From Raillietiella orientalis (taxonomy: Eukaryota), in assembly GCA_036172245.1 (NCBI GenBank), contig JAYWIR010000020.1, forward strand, positions 1,364,001-1,428,000: a DNA stretch of 64,000 nt. Direction: 5' to 3'. Numbering within the stretch: the first letter of the stretch is position 1; each line of letters opens with the position of its first letter. Positions 14,001 to 25,700 of this stretch are shown here, piece by piece. Under the pieces are notes generated by a model that saw nothing but the letters and a program-made list of their open reading frames with translations, did not search any database and had not been told where the DNA came from. Position numbers and translations under genes: made by a program.

Positions 14001-15647
14001 ACAGTGAAAAAAAAAAAAAAAAAAATTAGCAAATAACTACTCACATTGCCTAATAAAAAGATCAGCTCATCACATAGTTATGCAGTCAATGGCAAAGGAC
14101 AAAACAACCGCAATGATGATGAGAAACAAGGGAGAATCCACAAAAGTCCTTACTTAGCCAGCGAAATTTCCCAAGTTTTCACGCTGTTCCGAAGAATTTA
14201 AGAGCCGACTTCGTTAGCAAATTTTATTCCTATAAGAAGCAGGGAAATTCGCGTTTTCATAGTGAATTCTTCGCAAGAGTCTTTCGAGAAAGTTGCTTTG
14301 GTCAGTGCACAGTACTTTTTCGCTCAAAATTCCCTCTTTATCTGTTCGCTGATTTTACAGTTTGCATTCAGAATTGACTGAAGAATCTGCCATGTTGACT
14401 TTATGTAACACCCAAAGGAGCCACAAAATGCATCAGTTTCGAAATCAAATATCAACTATTTCAGTGGGCAAATTGTCCGACACTCACTCTGAGATGGTAC
14501 ATCGGGAACGTTCACGGCAGTTTCTGGAAATCAGCATTCTTACATTTTCATTATGTTTGTTTTGTATCTAAATGAGATTTGTTGATTCTTAAACTGCGTG
14601 TCGACTCTTTGGCCTACTCAAAGGATGGGATGCGAAATCACGCGATGAAAACTTGGGATGACCTTTGGGCACTCGAGGTATGAAAATTAACTGGTTTCGG
14701 CGAGGATGAGAAATCTGATTGCCAACCAAGCAATCAATCATTAGGATCGGGAGATACAAATCATGCACTTTCTTTGGCCGAGCACACTTTTCATTTCCGT
14801 TCTTTCCAGAAAGATCTGCACCGCGCACTTATCTAAAGAGCAAAAATTTGTTTCACCATCGGAAGAAATCAAAGTAGAGAAATAGGCACCGCGAGTTCAC
14901 AATGGTAACAGTTAGCTTGAAACTGCCAAATACTGGAGCACTGATATACAGCTTCAATCTAACAGCTTGTAAACGGACTTCCATCTGGCACAATTTAAGG
15001 TTCGTGAAATGGATTTTCTGTTGCAATGCCCACTTTTCATAAGTGCAAGGATAGCAAATAGAATTTCAACGTAGTATTTTCCACCTCAGGAACTGAACCT
15101 TTGGGGGGGAATAGCTTATGTTTTCAAAATAAAACACCCAAACTTTCGGTTGGGCGACGAGGACATTCTATGCACAATCACCTTACAATTTCCTGAGGAC
15201 GAACGATTGTGATTCACGCGACTCGTTTTCCGAAATCCATGATTTCTTAAACCTCAAGAAACTCATGACCTTGAAAATAATGCAAGAAACAGATCTGTGA
15301 TGGCGTGAAATAGGCGCTTACATAATATCAGTGGCTTGGAGTTGACTAGATAGAGACAATGGTGCGTAAAAGCAGGCTAAATTGTGCAGAGGTGTGCATT
15401 ACAGTAGCTTGGCACCATATGAAACCAGATTTTTAAGCAGATTCTCGTCGGCTTAAATCAACAACCCTAGTTACCAGTTACTATAATGAACGAATCAGCG
15501 TGGATGCAAACAGAAAATATCCCTAAATTTCACCACCTCAACAGTAAATGTTTGATTTTAGTGATTGAAAAATCTGCAGTGAAATTAACACAAAGTGCTC
15601 TAACAATCAACATAATTTACCGAATATTTTTGGCATTTTTTATTACA

Positions 15648-18600
15648 TTAATCTTCATTTAGATACTTTTGCTGCATTGCGAAAAGTTTCTTAATCCATC
15701 GCTCCTTCTTATGCGCCGAATCAGCAAACAACTGAAATACAAAGTAACATATCTTCATTGGTGTACTTAAACTAAGAGCCAAGGCAAAAACTATTTTGAC
15801 AATCATATTTGGAGTTCCTAAGCTATGAATTTAAATTATTACTAAAAAATTTCGGGAACCTCCACCTTAAATTCATTCATGACAATTTACAGCTGCAACG
15901 TATGGGTAAAAAACGTTAGGATTCATAACTAAATAGCAAATACAGTACACTCATGTGTCTCACCGTAAATATCTTATCGAGTTGATATGCATAAAACATT
16001 TCGTATACTTAGAAATAGTAGCTACACTTATGGACTGACTATTTTGATCTTTTTTGTCAAGTTAATGCAAATAAACTAAATAACAAATCTGAATTTTAAC
16101 AGCAGTAATACATTACATTTGGATGCATCAAGTATTCCAAGTTTTCCCTTGTATTACTTGTTTGAAGATCACTTGGCATTTTCTTTTCGATAACTGTGCC
16201 AAAACCAAATGCATTTTCATCTGAACTTTTATGGAATAACTTTTTCTCCCTGCTTGACTTGAAACTCTGTTGAAAAAAACCTTCTGAATCAATGGCCTCA
16301 ATATTTTTTAGATGTGTTAGTTCATCCACCGCTAATAAATAAATGAATTTCAATTACAGCATCCTTTCCTATATACAAAGCATCAATTAAATAATACTGC
16401 ATCAAAAAAAAAAAAAAACTTTCCTTTGAATGACAATAAAAGACGAACCTGAAAGCTTTGCTGAAAAATATGTACTGGACTTATGGATATCTGATTTTAA
16501 AGAGACTGCATAACTAGGTAAATAAAAAATGAAAGATAGAAAAATTCATGAGGTTCCTGATTTATTATTTCCAATATATAACCATTCTAATATAATTTCT
16601 AATCTAACACGATAACCAAATTTCTGTTCTAATACACTTCCAATTCTACATGCGAACCAAGAAGAAATGAAATGAAATGAAGGAAGCATTTCATGTTTTT
16701 TGGTTTCTCAATGCTCAAGGGCATCCTTTGCTAATTACAAGGTTATATCAGTCTTACATTGAGTTCTTCTTAAATGGAGAAAATGGGAAACTTAACTAAT
16801 TCATTAATTAACGATTTTTGAAGTGGAAGAGTTGTTAGTATCTAATTAAATCCCAAATCTACGAAAACTGCTTGAAAACTTTTCTGGAAATTATCTTTTA
16901 AATTAAGAATTAGTTTTTGGATAAGCACTCACACTATAGTTTGCAAAATCGAAAGGTGGTCGTGAAACCTGTTTAGCTTTCATTGGAATTTTGCTTGATT
17001 AACCAGAAAGTAAAATTGCAACAAAAGTTGACTTAGATACAAATGGTTATATAGGTAACGATTATTTTGATGAAATTAATGCTAGACAGCAGCAGGTATA
17101 TGAAACCTTTTTATATCCCTCGTCACAAAGCAGGATTATTCCAAATATAACCAATACAATTAAAAAAATCCTGAATGAAGAAAGAAGAATAAATATCTGA
17201 AAAGACAATAGAACATTTCCTTTTTCTCAGAAAACAACGCATATGAGCTTTCAAGATTTGTAAAATCAACAACTAGTAAGAAAAATTTGTACATATCACG
17301 AAAATGAAGTCAAACTTCATGCAAAAAGAAAAAATAACATACACATTCGTTTCCTCTTTTAAAAAACTCGTACTTGTCACAATGTGCCCATTTATGTTTC
17401 ATGAATGCTTTGTGCAATCCATTAAAAACAACAAAGATAAGAACATTTTGCATAACATCTTGCACAGCAACATCTTTCATGCTGTGACAAATGCATTTTT
17501 GAATACATCTATAATACAATCTTACATGTTATTGCCCTTGCATGTCAGTAACATGCCTTATAAGTTATTATATTAGAAATGAAAAAATTCCAAAAAGTAT
17601 TTTGCAATGCATGAAAATATAAGGAATTTTTAGAAACATTAAATTTATTCTACGTGGAAAAAATAATACAGAAATCATTAAGAAATTCTGAACACCTGAG
17701 ATTTCTTTATATCTTTAAAATCACAAAAATCCACAATGCTTACCACTTCGCCTTTGGGATTCATCATTGTGTTTACTAATCATTGGTTTTGAATTTAAAG
17801 TGTTTGAAGATCTGCTTTTTCCCCTTAATTTTTCATCATCCTTTTTCTCTACGGTATGTGTTTTTCTAGGCGATCTTTATGGACATTAATGGATTACAAT
17901 GCTGATACTACTAAAGTTATGGATTATCATGCATTTAGATTTATCATAAACAAATAATTTAGAACAAACAAAAACAAAAAGTGTTACATAGCGAGGGATT
18001 AGACAAATACAGCAGAACAAAAGTACCGTGTTTATTACTTACCTCTTCTAAAAATGTATGCATATGGTAATTTAAATAAAAGCAGTTGTCCAAAAGATAT
18101 GAATAAATTGATGTAATTATACCTTAAGAATAAATGACAAATAATGTATTATTTGTCGTTTATTCTTGAGGTCTGGTACAATATAACTCCAATTAATATG
18201 GAAATAAAATTGATCAAATTAACACTGAATACAAATTAAAATAAATCAAATTAATTATGATAGAAATTCACTCAACTTAAGAGCATAATAATTGCATCGT
18301 AAATACTTATACGATGGTTCCAATTTGTAAACGAATAATATAAATAGCATCCACAATTCACTGTTGAAACATACTTGTTTTAACTTACAATACTTCAGCA
18401 TCTATATCTCCATAAAAGCAACTGTCATCAGAAGTGTCATCAAGTTTTTCAGATACGAATTCAGTAATATATTCGGTTTTCAGTGGAGAACTAATAATAA
18501 TTGATACTTTATTACAATTCAAAACCATTTATAGCAATATAAACTTTATTTGGAAGTCATTTTTTTTACTTTAAATACTAAAGTAAAATAAAAATTCAAG

Positions 18601-18933
18601 CAAAGTTGCCAAAAAGAATTCAGGGAAAAAGAAATATGAACATTGTACTTAGAATATGAACCTTGGTTCATCATGTTTTAACTCTGCTTCATCAAATTTA
18701 GCATTGTATGAAGTATTTGCAGGAGAATCACATAGTGATGATTTATTGAAATATCTTTTTTTGTGATGCTTATCTCTGGTGTCTTTACTGCTACATGAAT
18801 GCTTGCTTCTGCTTTTTCGATAATACTTCAATTTTTTCTTTTGGAGATAATTCATGCTTACTTTGATTTATGTGATGAACTTCTTTTGTGATAATCATAT
18901 CTCGAGTCGGATTTATGCCAGTTCTTGCGCAGA
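15648..18933 (-). CDS. RSRC1: Serine/arginine-related protein 53 (RSRC1/SRrp53)-like; N-terminus and start unresolved
   Basis: Phase-consistent exons: 18933-18862, 18808-18662, 18490-18389, 17874-17744, 16331-16117, 15731-15648 (TAA). C-terminus IEAIDSEGFFQQSFKSSRE...LMHPN|LFADSAHKKERWIKKLFAMQQ resembles RSRC1 IEAIESDSFVQQTFRSSKE...[26 protein letters not shown]. The N-terminal part is K/R/S/H-rich. An ATG at 18855 is an alternative start. Confidence 0.8.
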
Positions 18934-21899
18934 CTAAAATAAAATTTAAAAATAATATAAAATTGGGGTTTACTTTCGAAAACATAAAGGAAACATCAGG
19001 CTAGACTCAGAACATATTTACCATAAAACAAATCAGCTTCCCATGCTCAAAATGTAAAATAATGAAACACAAGTGGAAAGACTACACATTTAAGGTAATA
19101 CTATTTAGAAAAGCATGAATTAAATTTACACCAGTTTGCTAGTTAAAGAATCTTTTTTAGAACATAGCATAATTACAGAAATAATCATCACTTAGTTGTA
19201 GTACAATGGAATTCTCTATAGGTGATAAGAACTAAATTATATGAACACATAACTACCAAATTTTATGAATTTGAAAAATTTAGGGATGCATGCTGATTAA
19301 GAAAGTGCGCAATAATATACCCGCAGGGTTAGATTATATACCTACAAGAATCATAATCACCCATAATTGACAAATAATGCATACAAATGATTGAAATGCT
19401 TAGAAATCTGAATAGTAACCTTATTATTAATCCGAGTAGCAACTATACATTAGATCAATTCTTTATTTATATCTTTTTACACACTCCTCAGGAAAAATCT
19501 GAATTGAAATGTTAAAGAATCCAGTACATAGCAAAGTCATTTTAGAGGAATGGATTTTACAGCAAAATCACATGACAGAAACCCTTCTAATGACACACAA
19601 GTAATACAAGATGCATTGATATATAGACAATTTCACTGGAATCAGAAAACTGAATGACATTAAATAATCACATTCTAATTACATTTCAATTTCCTATGCC
19701 AAGACAAAACCAAAATTTCCTGGTTTCCAAATATTGATTCTTCAATACTGGAAACTGGCAATATACTGCAAGCAGAAAGAACAAAGTGACCTAAACCTTG
19801 AAATTATAAATATTTGCTCTACAATTCCAAGCCTTAATTATCACAACATAGATGTTTTATAGGTCACACTTTGTTTCCCGCACATGTACACTGAAGACCA
19901 TTTTCTAGGTCATTCGAACTACTACATGTATCAATAGACGGTTTATTTCTCTGGACGAAACATACTGAACGTCTACTGATCCGCAACTACTACAATGGAC
20001 AAGCATCATATACTGGAGCAATTGCCAAAATTTTCGAGTACTAACATTAGGAACATATGAGGAAAATTTCGTCCCCTCTCACATTAATGACGTACATTCC
20101 ACCAATTTTTTTTATGCATAAGCAATCAGGTCATACTTTGGAGAACGACGCTTACTACTATGTTTATTTCTTCTGTTTGAGGAAGAAACATCGGAATTTT
20201 GAGATTCACTCGAACTACTTGTATACCCCATTATTCATCATACTTGAATGTGCCTGAGTTACTACTGGAAGACATAAACAAACTTTTCCAGTTCATTCTT
20301 AATGCTCACATGTTTCCACGTGTAGAAGACAGCCCCCATCTTCAGCCTTAAGCGCACAATCAGAAACTTTTAAAAGCATGTGTAAGGAACTTCTTGACAG
20401 GAGTACCAGCAACTTTTCTATCTTAAATAGTCATAAAATTAAAAACATAAAGCCTTGAATTTCATCCCTTCATTTTTTAATTACATGAAATTCATTCCAT
20501 TTCAAGCCTCATTTATGACCTATGAAAGATATAATAATATTATGAGCGAAAAAGTTCCAATGAAAAGCCATTATATTTAAAAGTGTTATTCTGAAAAGTA
20601 TTCAAATCATGTTTTGATAAAGGCACAAAGTCATGCCTCTGAATAGCGAAATTATTTGATCTGGGAAAATCCTGAGATTATGACTTAATTTTTTAATTTA
20701 CACGCCTCCATTAATACCTCCTTTGAGATTTCCATTAGAAAATCATAAGGGAATGGAAAATTGGTTTCTTGTGAAACGCATTAATGCGTTTCCTTATCAA
20801 AAAATACTTACGTTTTATCCAATGAATTTCTACAGGTCTCATTTTGAGGAAGATTACAGCAATATGATGTTTATTTAATTCAAAGAAAGTAGCCTAAGTG
20901 CATATTTCTTAAATTTTTTTAGTTTTTTTCAACTTATATGCTATGGACATTATATTAAAATAATTATACTCACTTGCATCATTATGTAAATTGAATGTTT
21001 TAAATATGAATGAATATTATGTATTAGAGAACTGTCCAACTTGATGAAACAATGTTTACTGGATTAAATATCATTTGAAACTGCACACAATTTGAAATAG
21101 TGCTTTAAAAAAAAAATTGTGGTTACCATTATTTACCACTAAATTTCTGGCACTTTTCATGTTTCATCTTTTGATAAATTTCAGGTATGTAATAGATCTT
21201 AATTTTTTACGTCTTAGTCGAGTTTCCAAACTCATGAAAGTACATCATCATCTTATAAGATTGCAAGACAACGATGCCAAGATCATGAGTGATATCTAAG
21301 ATAGATATGGTTTGATGGATGAATGAAAAAGACAAGGGAAGCATTGATGAGGAAAAAGATATAGAAAACTGTTTTAAATGGTGTAAAAATAAATGTGTTT
21401 TGTATCTAGTCAGTTAGACAGACATAAGAGAAGAGAGTCAAAGAAACATATAGTTTACCTGAGAACAGTCTCATCTCGGCTGTGTATTCAAAGGAACAGG
21501 TGAAGTTTGAGATTTGTCTTGGAACTTGCACAAGGTAAATGCCCTTCAGAAAGAGACAGCTTTTCATTTATTTGCATCCAACGGATATTTGAAATGTTAT
21601 ACCTAATTAGATGATAAGTAACCGTGTGCAAGGCTATGTTTCTGAAGTTCGCATGAAAACCCCATTTGAAAAACAGCAGGCAACACATTATATGATTGCT
21701 AAATAACGGCTCGTTATTCGGTATCATAGTGTATCTTACAGAATACTAATCATACACTACAGGGATGCTGTCAGAGAAAATTGGATCATTGTATCTGTAT
21801 TATGTGACTTGATATCTTACCGAATATTACGAAACGATCGATTTTTTGCAGGAAAAATGTGAATTTGTTACAAATATGCAATGAGTTACTCAAAGATTA

Positions 21900-22650
21900 A
21901 AAACAGAAACTAGGTGACAGTTCGCATGGTAGCAGCACGTAAGGATTTGCAGATGTTCTTAGATATTACAGGAGTGAGGCTTCCTGCTGAAATATTCTAA
22001 TATATTCTAAGTGACTCGGCCAAATCCTTGATAATTGCGTGAGCACGATGGTGATAGTGGCAGCAATGACGAGTGCAGATGGAAATGCACGGTACTGGTA
22101 TGCGCGTAAACGTGTGGGAGAATGAAAAAGTTCAAGTTTCTCTTTTCACAGCTAAGTGAGTGAAAATATGACAAGTATATTCAAATCCAAACTTGCAATA
22201 CATTAATCATTCGACATCCGATTCGCACGTCTCCTACCTAAGTGGTAGCCGCATTTGACATCGTGAAACAGGATTTCAGGTGTTTTTAAAATGAAAGTGT
22301 AGGAATGTCCGCATATTGCCTCTTAAGTGAATCCTATACTAACATGTACCTCCCTATCAGGGAAGCGGAGCTCTGGATTTGAAAATCTATGGATTTCTGA
22401 GTTTTCAAAATTTGAGAAGTTTGAACAACAATACTGAAACTTGTTTTGAAGCTTTTGGTTACAGTCAAAAAATAATAATGGAAGACGTTTTTCATGTTAA
22501 GTTAGTGTACTTGCCCGATAATATACGCCGAGGATTGATTTTAAATTAACGTCTTTGTGAATGAAAAAGTCCTTGATCGAAAGAAACCATTTATTGAGCA
22601 AGAACATTCATTGCGTGGAAATTACGTGCTCATACAAAACTTGGGGATAT
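21900..22650. promoter_or_regulatory. Putative bidirectional promoter region between RSRC1 (-) and RABGGTA (+)
   Basis: The genes are divergent, CpGs are locally enriched relative to both gene bodies, and the + strand switches from A-rich (left) to T/G-rich (right) across this interval. Boundaries are approximate. Confidence 0.45.
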
Positions 22651-22785
22651 GGTGATTACTTGCCTCTCAATTTCATCTGTAACTTTGAATTTATTTTTCA
22701 ATTATTATTTTCAAAGCTTTTTCCATTTATTCTTGGCCATTTGATACACGAGTGTGATTTTTTGCCCTTACAATTTTTATTTCAG

Positions 22786-25700
22786 CATGGTAGATCAAAG
22801 GCCAAGAGATCCGAAGAGAAAGAAGCAGAAAGGAAGCAAGAATTATTGAAGAAACTAACCACCTATAAATCATTAAAGTGTAGTTTATCGGATGCTTTAC
22901 AAGTTTGTTGAATTTGTACTTCCTTTTTTTTTATGATGTTCGTATGTAAGATCGTTTTTTATATGAATTTTCACTGTATGGTATATTAAGGCGTGTTGCC
23001 TTTGATCCATAAAAATAATTTTTCGTTTTCGTAACATATTTTCGTTGTGATAGAAATTGTTTGTCTGTACGGATGATGGTGTTACATCTTTTATGATTTG
23101 TAGGTGTCGACATTTGATGATGATCAAAGAAGGACTATTCTGGACTTAACAAAACAGCTCTTATTACTGAATCCTGAGCATTATACTCTCTGGAATTTAA
23201 GAAAAAAAATTTTTCTCAGTGATAAAGTAGAGAAGTATGGAAATCGTAGATCTTTTGTAGTTTTGTGAATGGAAAGTATGGTTTAGGGCACAAAAAGATT
23301 TTCATTGTGAGTGTGAAGAGGAGCTACAGTTTCTGGAAGCCTGTCTGAGAGATAGTCCAAAATGCTATGCTGTTTGGCATCACAGAAATTGGATTTTGGA
23401 GCTTGATGACATGAGGAATTGGAGTGCTGAATTAAAGCTTTGTGAAAAGTATTTATCAATGGATGAAAGGAATTGTAAGTATGTGGTTGATTCCTGGATT
23501 TGCAAAATTAATGAATTTTGTGTTTTTGAAATGTTTTTGGGTCAGTCTACAAAGTGATAAGGTGTGATAAATAATGAATACTTTGCATGCATTTAGTAAT
23601 ACAATTTTTTAATGATCATAATATTAATTAGATTGAAATGGAACGATGCTTTGATGTGTTTGTGTAGTTGTTTCTTATGTTTCAAAGTATGAATTGTGAG
23701 CCTACATTGATTAGCATCTTTGTAGATGCTGATCTATGTAGAAGACAGTCAGTATTATGTAGCACTTTTTTTTTGTGTGCGTTTTTTTGTTTTGTTTTCA
23801 AGTTCTAGTTGAAAATAAATGCTAAGTATGTAAGTCTAAATTAGGTAACTGTGCAATTTTAGTTTCCTAATATTTCTGTCTGCTTTGTGTGATTCCTTTT
23901 TGATATTTCATCAAATCATTTTGATCAAATACCATCTGGCCAAGACACAGACTTAATTTTTTTAACTACTTCAGTATTTAACAAAAATCTTAATGCATGT
24001 TTTTAATTTCCAATTTGCACATATGTGCTTTGATTGTGATGGTAAAGTATTGTTGTATTTGCTTTTTGTTAAAATTACCTTTGTGATTCTGAATTTGTCT
24101 TTTTTGTTTTGCTTTTAACAGTATTTCATATGGTTTTGGCTTGATGTCTGGTTATATTGATTGAAGTGCTTGCATTCTTTATATATATATATATATTACT
24201 TCTTTATATATATATATTATATAAAGAATTATATATATATATTTCTTTATATATATATATATAAAGAATTATACCATTTTTGGTAATTTGATTTGGTTGT
24301 TGCTGGTGATATTAATGAAATACAAATTTAGGCATTTTTCTTTGGGTGATGAGTTTGATTTTTTATGTGATAAATCCAAGGTTGAACTGAAAATTGAAAT
24401 CTGATATTGTTGGTTTCTTGTATTAGGACAACATAGAATGTGAATGTCTGGGAAGAGATGCTGATTATAGTTTTCCTTTCAGCTAGAGACAGTTGTGCTT
24501 TCATTCATTTTATCCTTGTTGTTTAGTGTGCAGTGCAGCTATGTGTATGTGTGTTTTCTATGTGAGCTATATGAACTACTTCCCATTGCTTATTTGTTGT
24601 TGGCACTTTATCTACAGTTTTTATTTTCCTTTGTATTTGTTAGTTCATCAGGTTCTATGTAACTCTTCTTTTTCTTCACAAGTATTATATGTAATATTGT
24701 GCCTACCTATCATAAATACCATATGTATCATCTATTGTTATTCTAAACCAAATTGCGTATTAATATTGGGATGTAGTTGTTTTTTTTTGGGTTGCATTGG
24801 CAATCGAGTTTTCTTTGTTTGATTATAACTGTACGTGACATTAATGCTTATTTTTCAATAGCTTGTTTATTAGAATTCTGCAGGTGATTCGTTTTCATTG
24901 CATTAAGCAATTAATTCCTAATAAGTTTAAGTTTCTCTAGTTGCTGCTTTCCTAGTTTGTTAGGTGTTTTCAATCAATACTTTCCCTCTCATGTAGATGT
25001 AACATTATTTTAACGATTTAGTTTGCATATTGTATTTGTATTTATTAGTCACTTTCTCTATTGTTGAAGTAACGAATTTAAAATCTTAAAATCTGTATGC
25101 ATATATCCGTAATATTATGTTATATCCGTAATTTTGAAGGTGTTCGAGAAACAGTCATAAATTATTATCGTGAGTCAAGGATGTTACTTTTGTCAATGTT
25201 GTATTTATAAGATCTTTGCCCTGGACAAGTTTCATAAAACGGTATTTTTATGAATACATCAGTGTTTTAGGTATTATGTTCGTTAATAACAGGATTTTAT
25301 TCTTGAACTTTGCTCATCTAATGTATCTGTTTAAAAGGTTTGGCATATTTAATACGTATTTATTTCGGTACGAAATTCAATGCTTACTCATTATTGAGCT
25401 AATTGTGACGATTGTAAATGTAATTAAAATCATTAATTCGGTTGCTGTTTGTGCATGAAAACAATACATTGTATCATATCACACAATACATTGTATATTG
25501 TCAGTTCGTATTAGTTTTGACATTTTTGTATTTCTGAATTCCCACATACTTCTGAGCTATGTGATTTTCTTTTTAAGTACGTACATGCATGTAGTGGATT
25601 CATACTTGAAATACATCGTTTCGGAGTTACCACTTTAGATTTACGAAGATGTGGGTTTTCTCATTCTCTGTTTGAATCCTTATTTTGAGGTTTTTATTTA

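Noticed and set aside
18043..18047. Possible 5-nt microexon (TTTTAG|AAGAG|GTAAGT, minus strand) in RSRC1
   Set aside because: Inclusion shifts the frame, and the flanking exons join in phase without it. It could only be a poison exon, for which there is no evidence.
24347..24404. Intronic C/D-box snoRNA candidate (GTGATGA...CTGA)
   Set aside because: No terminal stem and no recognisable rRNA-antisense guide; such motifs are expected by chance in TG-rich DNA.
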